UHGV virus genome: UHGV-1377268
Source of the DNA: a virus
DNA length: 60,976 nucleotides
Direction: 5' to 3' (one strand)
Of the stretch, positions 9,189 to 19,784 are shown one piece after another. The translations under genes were made by a program, and so were the position numbers. The number at the start of each line of letters is the position of its first letter. Within the stretch, counting starts at the first letter, position 1. The notes under the pieces are model-generated. The model ran no database searches, was not told the DNA's origin, and saw nothing but the letters and a program-made list of their open reading frames with translations.

Positions 9189-11732
9189 TCAAAACGGAAT
9201 ATCATCCTGGTAATAACGTGCATCGTAGTTGATGCACGTTAGACCTACTTGATAGTTATTGTCAGCGCCTGAAGGTTCCATAGTCTGTACCAGCATTGCC
9301 AGCTTGCTACGCTCATCGTCAGTTCTGATGATATAACTTGTCCGGTCCTGTAACCACCCGGTGTAAATCTCTCCCGTGGGCGCTGATTGCAATATAACGG
9401 TAAATTCATCATCACCGGGTGAAACTGGGATGTTTTCAAGCGTGCCTAAACGACCTGTCATCGTGATTGAATATGTATTACCTGTAACAAAATCAACAGG
9501 ATCACTTAACGTCAGTGTTAAACCATCAACATCAACTATCACACCTTCATGTTGTTTCATTCTGGTATTATCAATCATATCCACGCGCATTCCGGGAGTA
9601 GCCTGTAACCCGATACTAAGCGCGGTGCATTCGTGGGTAATACGCTGATAACGTAGTTTATTCATCTCACGATTAGCACGGATTGTAGCCAGATATTTTG
9701 ACTGGCAGGCAACTAAATCTATTTTATTCAGGTTAGTTTCTTCGCCGATCGTAACGTAAAGATATGATTTTTCATCGTGGTCAAAGTATTTAACCTGAAC
9801 ACCCGTGTATTCTTTAGGTGGTGCAAATGCACGGGTACGTTTATCAGTATCGGGCACTTTAAACGCGTGCCCAAATTGCATTGCAGATACTGATTGTGGT
9901 AACTCAGGCCAAAAGTAAAGCACGCTACCCACCTGATATGGGGTTACGTTGACCGTATTACAAATGGTTTGCAACGCTTCTTCATAGGTGGTCCCGTTAT
10001 CATCGAACGTATATCCAACCTGAATAGCACGAGGATCACCAAAATAATCAAGCAGTTGTTGCTGTACTGCATAAAGTGCATCAACATCGATTGTCGATAG
10101 GTCACGACGTCCGAAGTGTGGATCAAGATGCATCGACATAACAACATCCGCAAAATTACTACTTGGACTACCGTTATAAATTCTGGTAGCAAGCATATTT
10201 AATTTTCTTTCTTTTAGTTTTAAAGCTGCTGACGTTGCTTTAGTTACAGAATGAATGGTTGTGACATTACCATAACTGCGAGGTGAAATATCAGTGATAC
10301 CATACATATCGCGCCATTTAACAGTATCGATTGTTGAAATACTTTCATTTAATGTTGTATCTGTGATACGTTGCATCCTGATAAACGCTGCATCTGGATA
10401 AGGATTATCAAATAATAAAGACGCGCCTGTAGCACTTGTCGATCCCTTAACTACAAAGTCGAATGTATATTCAGGATCTGACGGATTATCATAATTAGAT
10501 ACGGTTACACGCAAAGTTACATCAAACGGGGTAATGTAATAGCGACGACGATAAATACCGTTTTGAGCGTAAGCATTCACCAGAATTTTCGGTGAATTAA
10601 TCATTAAGTACGGGCCGACACTATAAGGGCGGGTTGTATCCATACTCGGTTTATAAGTAATTTTAGTACCGCCAGATGAAGCACTTAATGAGTACAGACC
10701 ACCACCAACATCGTAAACAGTCGTATAAGGTGCCTGTCCAGTGGAAGAAAGAAAAGACCAGTTCGAATTTCCAGACACGTCTAGTAATACACCGTCATCA
10801 GATGTTCCAGTAACCTGATATGTACCACTTAAATCATGTAGATAATATAAACCTGTTGGTACACCACCCACTATTTGTTCTTCTAGTGAAATAAAACCTG
10901 ATATTACAAAATCATCACCAATCGCTACACGATCAGACCAGTTAATAGGGTTATCATCATCATTGCTGACGGCATCTATTTGACCAGTAGAATATATTAT
11001 ATAGGTTACATTCCCAGAACTAACATCGGCATAGTTCGGCGGGAATAGTTCAGCGCCATCAACTTCATTCGATTCTTTAGCGATAACCACGGGGAAGGAT
11101 GCGATATCGATAGCACCGTTGATAACCTTTGAAGGTGAACCATAACCGGGTGCAGTTCCCGGTTCATAGATTGAAATTTGAGAACCAGATACGTTAGTAA
11201 TAGGTGTTACACCATCACTGATTTCATCAGTAACGTAAGAACCAGCACCCAGACAAAGAAACTGACATTCAAACTCTGTACCGTCTTTAAAAATATTGTA
11301 GTTCATTAACAGATCCGGGTATGCTCTGACCATACCACGAATATCTGCAATTCGTTCGCCTGGTCGTGAATCATTAGAACGACCTTGTAGTGAGTTATTC
11401 GATGATTTTATTTTACTGTTTATAGTTGCGTTTGAAACGTTCCCTTGCGGTGTGAATATTTTTAAAATAGGGTTAAGGATAGCACCTATCACGCCAGTAA
11501 TAGCGCTTACAATGCCACCGCGTGGAAGTTCGTAAATATGATACGTTGCATCAGGATCGTTTAAAACTAATGGATTGTTCACCCATTCGTGAGTAATGTT
11601 TTCGTCATTTTTAAAAATCAGTAACCCACGCGGACGAACAGACCCAACAGGCCAGCGTTTCAGCAACCATTCACCAAAATCAACATTTTCAGCTTTTTCA
11701 ATCGGCACTGTGTGATAAACAACTTTAGACAT
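9189..11732 (-). CDS. tail tip / central fiber protein (lambda J-like host specificity protein)
   Basis: 847 aa; last gene of the tail operon after the M/L/K-like genes. Confidence 0.5.
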   Translation of the reverse strand: MSKVVYHTVPIEKAENVDFGEWLLKRWPVGSVRPRGLLIFKNDENITHEWVNNPLVLNDPDATYHIYELPRGGIVSAITGVIGAILNPILKIFTPQGNVSNATINSKIKSSNNSLQGRSNDSRPGERIADIRGMVRAYPDLLMNYNIFKDGTEFECQFLCLGAGSYVTDEISDGVTPITNVSGSQISIYEPGTAPGYGSPSKVINGAIDIASFPVVIAKESNEVDGAELFPPNYADVSSGNVTYIIYSTGQIDAVSNDDDNPINWSDRVAIGDDFVISGFISLEEQIVGGVPTGLYYLHDLSGTYQVTGTSDDGVLLDVSGNSNWSFLSSTGQAPYTTVYDVGGGLYSLSASSGGTKITYKPSMDTTRPYSVGPYLMINSPKILVNAYAQNGIYRRRYYITPFDVTLRVTVSNYDNPSDPEYTFDFVVKGSTSATGASLLFDNPYPDAAFIRMQRITDTTLNESISTIDTVKWRDMYGITDISPRSYGNVTTIHSVTKATSAALKLKERKLNMLATRIYNGSPSSNFADVVMSMHLDPHFGRRDLSTIDVDALYAVQQQLLDYFGDPRAIQVGYTFDDNGTTYEEALQTICNTVNVTPYQVGSVLYFWPELPQSVSAMQFGHAFKVPDTDKRTRAFAPPKEYTGVQVKYFDHDEKSYLYVTIGEETNLNKIDLVACQSKYLATIRANREMNKLRYQRITHECTALSIGLQATPGMRVDMIDNTRMKQHEGVIVDVDGLTLTLSDPVDFVTGNTYSITMTGRLGTLENIPVSPGDDEFTVILQSAPTGEIYTGWLQDRTSYIIRTDDERSKLAMLVQTMEPSGADNNYQVGLTCINYDARYYQDDIPF

Positions 11733-12084
11733 TTTTCATTCTCCAGAAAGTCACATCTTTATGAGAACATTTTATTATACTTAGAGGCGTTCTTATGGTT
11801 TGTCCTGGTGTATCACCGGGAGGCTGATAGCAATGGTGAACCATACCGTCATCCCAAACGCCAACGTGAAGCCCACCAGAACAACGATTTTTCATTAAAA
11901 CTAACGCGCCCTGTTCAGGCTTAACCAATGGTGTAAAACGCTTACGCATCCATCTGACGAACGATACACCCCATTCACTACTGTTGACACTTTGCAACTG
12001 ATGAGGATAATTATTTAACCTGTACCACTGACTGACTTCATGTGTACAGTTCCACTTATCAACATCATAACGATCGCCGATCAT
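11725..12084 (-). CDS. tail assembly protein, NlpC/P60-like (lambda K-like)
   Basis: Cys (NCTHEV) ... His (GLHVGVW) ... His (HHC) triad spacing typical of NlpC/P60. Confidence 0.45.
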   Translation of the reverse strand: MIGDRYDVDKWNCTHEVSQWYRLNNYPHQLQSVNSSEWGVSFVRWMRKRFTPLVKPEQGALVLMKNRCSGGLHVGVWDDGMVHHCYQPPGDTPGQTIRTPLSIIKCSHKDVTFWRMKNV

Positions 12085-12587
12085 GATGTATATGCCAGCA
12101 ATGAGGGGAAAAGTTCAAAGGTATACAGTTCACCTGTTCCTGAAAAGTTAGTGATAGGTGGTGTAGCTGTAAACGTGCACCCTTGCGGCTCAGTAGTGAT
12201 ATCACCCGATTCGAGCACATACGGACCATCCTGAATATCAGAAATAGATCCGTCCTCACGATACACGAAGGTTCGCAACTCCACCGATGGTTTTTCTTCA
12301 CTGTCAAGCGGTATCAGGTCCAGATAAACCCCGACAACCTCGTTCAGATCCTGAATAGTGAAACTATAATCCTGTGATAAGTCGTTTTGCTTGTTCGCTT
12401 TTTTAACAGACATAGGAATATATTCGTAATCATATTCCAGACCATCTTCATGTACTGCCGTAAAGCCGGGGTAAACACTGGTGATATAAAGTGGCTGCGG
12501 CCAGGAACTATGGTTAAGTTTTATGCCGTCAACCACTCCTTTGCCCGTCGTGGCAACTGTTAATAGTTCTTTCAGTTCGTCTTTCAT
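12081..12587 (-). CDS. minor tail protein (lambda L-like)
   Basis: 168 aa ORF in the synteny position of lambda L. Confidence 0.4.
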   Translation of the reverse strand: MKDELKELLTVATTGKGVVDGIKLNHSSWPQPLYITSVYPGFTAVHEDGLEYDYEYIPMSVKKANKQNDLSQDYSFTIQDLNEVVGVYLDLIPLDSEEKPSVELRTFVYREDGSISDIQDGPYVLESGDITTEPQGCTFTATPPITNFSGTGELYTFELFPSLLAYTS

Positions 12588-13087
12588 TCTGGTGTCCAGG
12601 CGTTATTCAGAGATAAACCTAAATCAATCAAATCGTTAATATAGCAAGATGAATGATCACCTTGGCATTTAGTGATAAGTAAGCGGGACGCCATCGCACA
12701 GCGATCAATAATCGGCACTGCCTGTAACTGCAGGTCAATACTTCCTTTCCAGCCTACTGTAACTGCTGCTGGTCGTGATACGATCTGTACTACGTGTTCC
12801 TGAATAAAATCGTTAACAAATAGTTCCATCACGAAGCGTTTCGTACCTTCTGCAATTTCAAGGTTGTAGAAATCGTCCCACCACTGAAGCATTGCTGGAC
12901 TATGCAACTGAACAGTACAGGAAACATCAGCCGGACCACCGAAAGCACTTCGCCCCAGCCGCGATAGTGTCCCGGCAATATCTGATTTAGTCGCACCCCA
13001 CGGAGGGTTATAATTATAATTATCACGGGCGGGGCGAACCATTTCACCCCCATATTCAAGCCGTGGTAAGTCGTCAGTATTTGCCAT
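12584..13087 (-). CDS. minor tail protein (lambda M-like)
   Basis: 167 aa ORF immediately downstream of the tape-measure gene. Confidence 0.4.
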   Translation of the reverse strand: MANTDDLPRLEYGGEMVRPARDNYNYNPPWGATKSDIAGTLSRLGRSAFGGPADVSCTVQLHSPAMLQWWDDFYNLEIAEGTKRFVMELFVNDFIQEHVVQIVSRPAAVTVGWKGSIDLQLQAVPIIDRCAMASRLLITKCQGDHSSCYINDLIDLGLSLNNAWTPE

Positions 13088-13089
13088 GA

Positions 13090-16011
13090 TTAAAGTTTCC
13101 TGTTCACATCGTAATTCGATCTGAATGATTTGTTAGTCTGGCTGTACGGGTTATTCCATTGTGCGGCAGACTGACGCGGGAATTCTTCACCGATGATCAG
13201 AACTACATCGTCACGGGTTAATCCTTGCTTGACCTGTACACGCTCGCCAGCGTAGTTATTAACTTGTACGTTAGTTCCTGACCTACCCTCAGAACCCGGT
13301 GTATAGGTGCCACGGTTCATTGATTCCAGTGTATCACGATAACGACTTGTTGCTTGTTTGGTACTGACGAATTCACCGTTACTTAAACGTGCGTTAATGC
13401 TGTCACTCTGCCCTGTACCCGGACCAGTGACTAAACCACCCGTTGCAAACCCGGTTGCAGCAACTGATGATAGACTACTTAAAATAGATGTACCCTGTGC
13501 TAAAGCACCCGCAATAAATGGGATGTTCTGAGGGAAACCAATCGCCATTGCTTTACTGACGTTTTGCCACAGAAGAACAGACGCCTGCGCAATGGCGAAT
13601 GCTTTACTTGCAGCAAACATCGTTTTATAGATACTTGACTGTTCACCTTGCGCATTCTTTAAAACATCAGCCAGACCACCAAAAAGATCGCCAGTTGCAC
13701 CCAGCAACATCGCATTATTAGCGGTCATTACATCATTACGCTGTTGTTCACCCGCCATCATGATCTGCGTTTTCAGATCCTGGTACTGCTGTTCGTTAAT
13801 CAGGTCCTGTTGACGTGCCTGTTCAGCAACAGTTAAACGCTGTGCTTCCTGCTGGTTAATCTGATCCATTTGTCCCTGAACCGGGTTAAGCGTGCTGGTA
13901 ACATCGCTTTGAACCTGGGACACCTGCGCAGCAAGCCGTTTAGCCTCCTGCTGGCGTTGCAGCGCTGCAACCTGTTCATCTACCGCTTTACGTTCAGCAT
14001 CGGTAGCATCTTTATTCAGACGTGATTGTGCTTCTGCCTGTTGTGACTGTAGCGTTAACTGTTGCTGTACCAGATACGATTTCTGATAGGCTGCTGTAAG
14101 CTGATCGACTGATGCACCCTGTGTGAGACTCAGCTGAACCTGTTCACGGGCCAACTGAACATCGTACTGACCTGCATTAACTTTATCGTTAAGTGTTTTT
14201 AAATACTTTTCATTTGCAGCCTGATTACGTTCCAGTTCTTTCTGTGCACGTTTTGCGGCTGCTGCAGCCTCTGACTGGGCTTTTTTATCGTCTTTAAGAC
14301 CTTGCTTATACTCTGCCTGCTGTTTCAGTAACGCAGCGTAAGAAACGATCTGGTCTTTGGTGGCTTTATTACCCAGTTTTTGAGCAGCGGCCAGTTCGTA
14401 GTTACCATCGGCAAGCGCTTTAGTATAGGTAAACTGTTCCTGCAGGTTTTTAATCTGTTTGGCTGCATCTGCATCAGGACGACCAGCAGCCGTGACACTT
14501 TTGTTCAGCGATGCTAACTGGCTTGCCTGTGACGCGAGATTTTCAGCAACACCTTTACCCAGTGGGGTAGCCTGTGTTACCTGTCGCTGTGCGTCTGCCT
14601 GCTGTTTTGTTAACTGAACATCTAATTTTTTAAGCTCAGTCAGCCGTTTTTGTGCATCAGCAGTGCTGTTAACAAATTTGGTATACCCACCGATAGATTG
14701 AGTGGTGTAACCATTCTGAATCTGTTTCTCAAGATCCGCGATCTCTTTCAGGTTCGATTCACGTTGACTGGTAACGGCATTCAGGTTATTTGTAGCCTGC
14801 GCCATTTTATCAATTTCACCAGCGGCTTTGACCAGGTCAGTAACCCCGGATACACCGCCTGCCAGTAAATCGAGGAATTTCGCCAGAAATTTAGACGCGC
14901 CAATCTGCTGATCCAATTCAGCGATAGCCACTGAAAGATTATTCTGCAACGCTGTAGCAGCCTGATCGACGGTACGCGGCATACGGTCAAACTGTGCGTT
15001 AATATCATCGGTGGCGTTATTTAACAGCAGTAATTTATCACGGGTAATTTCACCATCAGAACCTAGTTGTTTAAGTTCCCCGGTAGTAACACCCATTTGT
15101 TTTGCAAGAACCTGTAGAACAGTAGGTAACTGTTCAGATACAGATCTGAATTCATCACCCTGTAATCGACCAGACGCAAATGCCTGTGATAACTGATAAA
15201 TTGCGGCGGATGCTTCCTGTGAGGATGCGCCTGATACACGCGCCATTTTCTGCAGGTTATCGGTAAACTGCAGAATAACCTGATTACTGATCCCAGCATC
15301 TTTACCAGCAGCCGCAAAACGCTGAAAACTGTTGGCTACAGCATTGATATCTGTACCCGCACGGTTAGCCTGTTGTACCAGTTGCTGAAAAATCTGTGTT
15401 GCTTCAACAGACGTATTCGAATAAAGCTGTATACGACTTTGCAGTAATTCAACCTGGGATGCGGTATCAATAAACGCCTTACCCCATTCAGCGACAGTGC
15501 TTACGACCTGTAAGCCGATAAAGCCCTTAACACCCGTTGCGATAGTGTTAAATGCGGTATTAGTTTTCTGTGCTGACTGGTTTGTATTATTCTGCTGGTT
15601 ATCTAGTTTTTTAAGGCTATTTGTCAGATCGTCGATTGCTTTCTTTTCATCAGCGGTTGCTTGTTTAATTGTTTTAGCAAGATCTGCAAATTTCTGTTGG
15701 TTGTTGACCGTTTCACCAGCAGCACGCGCAGCAGCCCCCTGAGTGGCTAAAAGGCGCGATTGTTCCTGCGCAGCCTCACGGGTAGCACGCGCAACAGCAG
15801 CCGCTTTAGCAGCCTGTTGTACTTGTTGTTGGGCTAATTGCTGGGATGCTTTAGCGACCTGTTGATCGGCAGCAGATAACTGGTTAGCAGCCTGTGCAGC
15901 CGCAATAGTTGATTTTTCAGTTTGGTCTAACTGAGTATTAAGATTTTTTAGATCACGGTCAGCAGACCCGGTATCTAACTTTATATCTATAGGATATTGG
16001 GCCACGGTCAA
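13090..16011 (-). CDS. tail tape measure protein
   Basis: 973 aa, Ala/Gln-rich coiled-coil N-terminal two thirds, Gly-rich C-terminus; lies between the chaperone and minor tail genes. Confidence 0.8.
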   Translation of the reverse strand: MTVAQYPIDIKLDTGSADRDLKNLNTQLDQTEKSTIAAAQAANQLSAADQQVAKASQQLAQQQVQQAAKAAAVARATREAAQEQSRLLATQGAAARAAGETVNNQQKFADLAKTIKQATADEKKAIDDLTNSLKKLDNQQNNTNQSAQKTNTAFNTIATGVKGFIGLQVVSTVAEWGKAFIDTASQVELLQSRIQLYSNTSVEATQIFQQLVQQANRAGTDINAVANSFQRFAAAGKDAGISNQVILQFTDNLQKMARVSGASSQEASAAIYQLSQAFASGRLQGDEFRSVSEQLPTVLQVLAKQMGVTTGELKQLGSDGEITRDKLLLLNNATDDINAQFDRMPRTVDQAATALQNNLSVAIAELDQQIGASKFLAKFLDLLAGGVSGVTDLVKAAGEIDKMAQATNNLNAVTSQRESNLKEIADLEKQIQNGYTTQSIGGYTKFVNSTADAQKRLTELKKLDVQLTKQQADAQRQVTQATPLGKGVAENLASQASQLASLNKSVTAAGRPDADAAKQIKNLQEQFTYTKALADGNYELAAAQKLGNKATKDQIVSYAALLKQQAEYKQGLKDDKKAQSEAAAAAKRAQKELERNQAANEKYLKTLNDKVNAGQYDVQLAREQVQLSLTQGASVDQLTAAYQKSYLVQQQLTLQSQQAEAQSRLNKDATDAERKAVDEQVAALQRQQEAKRLAAQVSQVQSDVTSTLNPVQGQMDQINQQEAQRLTVAEQARQQDLINEQQYQDLKTQIMMAGEQQRNDVMTANNAMLLGATGDLFGGLADVLKNAQGEQSSIYKTMFAASKAFAIAQASVLLWQNVSKAMAIGFPQNIPFIAGALAQGTSILSSLSSVAATGFATGGLVTGPGTGQSDSINARLSNGEFVSTKQATSRYRDTLESMNRGTYTPGSEGRSGTNVQVNNYAGERVQVKQGLTRDDVVLIIGEEFPRQSAAQWNNPYSQTNKSFRSNYDVNRKL

Positions 16012-16061
16012 GCCTCCTGAAACGATGATACGAATAGTTTAACTCAACCGTGACCCCGTGA

Positions 16062-16345
16062 CTACTTTGACCCAACAGCGCGTAATTTAATCAGTAATGA
16101 CCACAGGAACTGAACATCAACGTTATAACACCGTGCGTAACGCTCACAGGTGCCCCATTCAGCAGTCATCAGGTCAAGGTAAGCATTCCAGTAAAATATC
16201 GCGTCAGGACGCAACACGGGACGATTCTGAACTACTGCCGGAATAGCCTTACCACGCGCCGCAGCCCCCTGTGCAACCCAGTCCAGATCATCACCGTCTG
16301 TTTTTCGGTTCCACTGGAGGAAGTCAATTAGTTTTTTGTGATCTG
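16062..16345 (-). CDS. tail assembly chaperone -1 frameshift extension (GT-like)
   Basis: Slippery heptamer A_AAA_AAC (rc of 16331-16337) lies just before the G stop; the -1 frame stays open for ~94 codons to TAG at 16062-16064. Confidence 0.55.
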
Positions 16346-16750
16346 TTTCTCCCAGTCGTCTTTAAACATCGCGGAGTTAATCGAGAACTGAACCACGCGG
16401 GCGTAAATAGACGGACCAAAACGATCATCGCTCATCAGTTCGATCGCTTCTTCCGGGCTGAACGGTTCAGGTGTGTCATCTTCTGACAATAATACCCAGT
16501 CCAGCATCAGGACATTAGCGACGAACTCGATCCCCTGCGGGAAATACTCCTGCTTCCAGAGACGTTCAAAAAAATCTTCAGGAAGCGCCGCGCGACCTTT
16601 CATGTAGTTCGCAACAGCAGCGTTATACGCCTGGTTAGCGGTGTTCAGGTTCAACACGATGATTTTGAAATTTTCGTTCAGAATCAGTTCAGCGGAGGCT
16701 TTCAAAACCAACGGTGAAAGTGCTTTTTTAAGATGATCAAACTTAGACAT
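16328..16750 (-). CDS. tail assembly chaperone (G-like), zero-frame product
   Basis: 140 aa acidic protein immediately upstream of the tape-measure gene; ends ..CAG AUC ACA AAA AAC UAA. Confidence 0.6.
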   Translation of the reverse strand: MSKFDHLKKALSPLVLKASAELILNENFKIIVLNLNTANQAYNAAVANYMKGRAALPEDFFERLWKQEYFPQGIEFVANVLMLDWVLLSEDDTPEPFSPEEAIELMSDDRFGPSIYARVVQFSINSAMFKDDWEKQITKN

Positions 16751-16817
16751 GATGTTTACCTGTTATGTTAGATGACACGTTGATAGTAATAGTTCTGTAC
16801 GAATTGCGCAAGGCATT

Positions 16818-16860
16818 TGAAATAATTCTTGACGAATTGCAGACAGGGAGGTATAGTTAT
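16818..16860 (+). promoter_or_regulatory. sigma70 promoter, family copy (aaataattcTTGACGaattgcagacagggaggTATAGT)
   Basis: -35 TTGACG 16829-34, 17-bp spacer, -10 TATAGT 16852-57, A/T-rich UP element. Confidence 0.6.
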
Positions 16861-16888
16861 CACAACAAAACGAACTGAGGGTAAGACG

Positions 16889-17050
16889 ATGAAAAAATCC
16901 ATTGTGAATATTGTTAAACAACACTTAGCGTTACAAGGTCGTAAAATGAAACTAACGGGTGAAAAGATGAACGGAAAACCTTGTTACTCTGTCACTGGTT
17001 GGTCAGGTCACTACACTATTGACGGTATAATCTGGCAGTTAGGTTTGTGA
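16889..17050 (+). CDS. hypothetical small protein (moron inside tail cluster)
   Basis: 53 aa, GAGGG RBS; own promoter upstream and a terminator downstream; opposite strand to the flanking tail genes. Confidence 0.4.
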   Translation: MKKSIVNIVKQHLALQGRKMKLTGEKMNGKPCYSVTGWSGHYTIDGIIWQLGL

Positions 17051-17051
17051 A

Positions 17052-17090
17052 ATAAAAAAAGCCCCGGTTAGTCCGGGGCAGTTCTTTTAC
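17052..17090. terminator. bidirectional rho-independent terminator
   Basis: A7-gccccgg-ttagt-ccggggc-agttctttt. Confidence 0.65.
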
Positions 17091-18544
17091 AGAGTTGGCA
17101 GATACGGGAACAGACTGAAGCCGATCATGAAGTCTAAACCAGCCTCTTCATGAGCAGTACCTGATACTGTCACTTTAACCTTCTCACCCGTCGCCAGGTT
17201 CTTAGAACCATCACCCAGCGTCATCGCAGGAATGTTAACCACAAATGCACCATCACCATTAACGCCAGCCAGTTCAAACGTAACGGTAGTGTTGTTACGG
17301 ATCGCCGCAAGCACCGCGCCATCAGTCATGACTGCTTCAGTATCAATGGTGACTTCCAGATTACCCAGGTTGGTAAACGTGGCACCCATGCGGCCCAGCG
17401 TGTTTTCACCCGATACGTTGTTGTTGATCGTGATGGTGGTATCTTTCAAATAGGTTGAAAGCCCACTTTCATCGATCCCGGTCAGGCGAACACGATTGAG
17501 GTTAGTAACCGTGTTATACGCTTCGTTTTCAATGAAATCGTAATAACCAGAACCCGGCAGCGGAGTATCAACAGGCTCTGACAAATCCTGTGCGACAAAC
17601 GTCAGATCCATTGTCATTTTTTCAGTCAATGGCGCGTTGATGGTCATCTGGTTAGCGCTAACACCACGAGCATATTCGTAAATTTCCGGTTCTGTGTTAT
17701 AACGCGCTTCCATCGTGTATTCAGTTTTCACGAAATCCGGTGAATCAACCGGAACGTTACGCACAAAACTGGATACGTAAATACTAACGGTTTTCCCTGT
17801 ACCGACTTCGGTTACAAACTCACTGCTTGCCAGAGTAAGCACGTGATCTGTTACCGAAACAACCCGCGCTAATTTACTGGTAACAGTCTGGGTGAAGCCA
17901 TCAATGTAGATGTACTGACCCGGAATCAACCCCAGCGTGGTAAAATCAAGCGTGGTTGACGTGATTTGACCGTTGGCATTTACTGCAATGTCACCTGCAG
18001 CAGCGACTGTACCGACCACGTACAAACGTGCAGTAGCTGGCGGGGATGCTTCAGCTACCAGACCAGTAACGTTAATATCGGTAGTGGTGCTGCCTGAACC
18101 AACCGTTTTCAGACCGTTATTTGCAGCCATCATAAATCCGGCAGCATAAACCAATGTTCCGGCGGGTAATGCGCTTGCAAGTGCGGCAACGGTATAGCTA
18201 TCGCTATCAACACTGATCACATCAATATCGATAGCCCCGGCACCCATCCAGCGGCTGTAAAGGAAGCCGTCACCCCAGTAACGGAATGTGTCCAGCGTGA
18301 TATCAGTCTGAAACCCTGGCGCAACTTCAATATTGGTTACAGTGCCTTTCCGCGCGGATCGGTCAGTGCTGATCGGGGTACGTTGAGTTTTGGTAATGTC
18401 AGCAGAATACGAACTGATTTCGTTCGGTTGCTGTACAGTCCAGGGTGTACTGCTGACAGGCTCGCAGACCTTAGCCACAGAGAGACGGGTTGCGTTAACG
18501 TCTGCAGCGCTGGCCTGATTACAGTTAAAAATTGACTCAGCCAT
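17087..18544 (-). CDS. major tail protein
   Basis: 485 aa; Thr/Val-rich beta composition with an Ig-like C-terminal region; positioned between the tail terminator-like gene and the chaperone. Confidence 0.5.
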   Translation of the reverse strand: MAESIFNCNQASAADVNATRLSVAKVCEPVSSTPWTVQQPNEISSYSADITKTQRTPISTDRSARKGTVTNIEVAPGFQTDITLDTFRYWGDGFLYSRWMGAGAIDIDVISVDSDSYTVAALASALPAGTLVYAAGFMMAANNGLKTVGSGSTTTDINVTGLVAEASPPATARLYVVGTVAAAGDIAVNANGQITSTTLDFTTLGLIPGQYIYIDGFTQTVTSKLARVVSVTDHVLTLASSEFVTEVGTGKTVSIYVSSFVRNVPVDSPDFVKTEYTMEARYNTEPEIYEYARGVSANQMTINAPLTEKMTMDLTFVAQDLSEPVDTPLPGSGYYDFIENEAYNTVTNLNRVRLTGIDESGLSTYLKDTTITINNNVSGENTLGRMGATFTNLGNLEVTIDTEAVMTDGAVLAAIRNNTTVTFELAGVNGDGAFVVNIPAMTLGDGSKNLATGEKVKVTVSGTAHEEAGLDFMIGFSLFPYLPTL

Positions 18545-18560
18545 TTTGGTTCCTCATTCG

Positions 18561-18983
18561 CTAATAGACTTCTTCGAATTCATAAGTGATAACCGTATTC
18601 GCGAGGAACCAGGCATTATCACGTCCCACATATCTTACATCAACACCTGTATAAAGTAACGGGCGATCCTGCCAGATACCTTCAAACAAACGCGCCAGTC
18701 GATCAGCAATATCAAGACTTAATGTGTCCATTCCATATTGTGCAGGAGTGCGCACCTGTAAAAAAACGTTCCCTGTACGTAAACGGCGACGACAAACACC
18801 CTCACCACCCAGTGTTGTAATTGCCCACGGGCCGGGGTTATGCGTTAAAATAAGTCCGGGTTTCTTTGTTGTATCATCGGGAAGGTTACCAGATGCGATC
18901 GTAAAACGATCCGGTGTTATCTCCACGGGGAGATTAGCCAGAACACGATCATAAACAACCCCGGATACGTCAGAGATTTTCAT
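18561..18983 (-). CDS. tail terminator / tail completion protein (gpU-like)
   Basis: 140 aa ORF immediately upstream of the major tail gene. Confidence 0.35.
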   Translation of the reverse strand: MKISDVSGVVYDRVLANLPVEITPDRFTIASGNLPDDTTKKPGLILTHNPGPWAITTLGGEGVCRRRLRTGNVFLQVRTPAQYGMDTLSLDIADRLARLFEGIWQDRPLLYTGVDVRYVGRDNAWFLANTVITYEFEEVY

Positions 18984-19408
18984 TGATTGAACCTCACCAT
19001 AATTCCGGCTGTTAAAATAGCACGATCTACAAACCCGGATGGTGTTTGTAAGCTGCTACCACTATTCAGAACACCGATATATGGAACGTTATTCGTTATG
19101 TGCAGCGACTGACCATTAACAACAATGCTGCTGATCGTTATTGTATCCTGTTCAATACGCGCTTTACTGGTTGCAACATCACCAGATGCTGTAGAAGGGC
19201 TGTTAGCTGGTTGACCTTGATCGAACCACCAGTTATTAGATGCCCATCCTGTATCAACTGGTGTACCTGTAGGTGGCTCACTGATTAAAATATTACGCAA
19301 CGTTAAAACATACCGGATAACCTCACGATTTGTGAAATCCTGTAAATCAGCTTTAATGTCTTTAAAGACACCAGTGATCCGGTTTATATCATTAACGTTA
19401 CGTGCCAT
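18980..19408 (-). CDS. tail completion / head-tail joining protein
   Basis: 142 aa ORF with overlapping start and stop in the head-tail joining block. Confidence 0.35.
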   Translation of the reverse strand: MARNVNDINRITGVFKDIKADLQDFTNREVIRYVLTLRNILISEPPTGTPVDTGWASNNWWFDQGQPANSPSTASGDVATSKARIEQDTITISSIVVNGQSLHITNNVPYIGVLNSGSSLQTPSGFVDRAILTAGIMVRFNQ

Positions 19409-19782
19409 TATGCAGCGCCTGTAGGATGAATAAATGCCATATCATCACCCAGCAAACGCGGATTTTGACGGTCTAACAGCCTGTATTCACGCCCACGGTT
19501 ATCAGTTACCACATCGCCACGTTCAGGCACAAAAGGCGGGTCAAAAGATTTTGTATCCATAATGACCATTGTCACGGTATTGCGCGTCATGGTTGACGGA
19601 TCCCATTTTTCCAGTGGGTAAACGTAACCACGGCAACTGTGAACCGTAGTTTCTGTCACACCTGGCAGCGTGGGGTTGCTGGGGTTTGGTGTGGTTACTG
19701 TACGTGATACAGTCAGATCTTCACCCACTTCTGCGAGTGCACGGGTTACACCTGCTAAAACGCGGTTACGTTGATCGGACAT
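19408..19782 (-). CDS. head-tail adaptor / head closure protein
   Basis: 124 aa ORF in the synteny position of a head closure protein. Confidence 0.35.
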   Translation of the reverse strand: MSDQRNRVLAGVTRALAEVGEDLTVSRTVTTPNPSNPTLPGVTETTVHSCRGYVYPLEKWDPSTMTRNTVTMVIMDTKSFDPPFVPERGDVVTDNRGREYRLLDRQNPRLLGDDMAFIHPTGAA

Positions 19783-19784
19783 TA

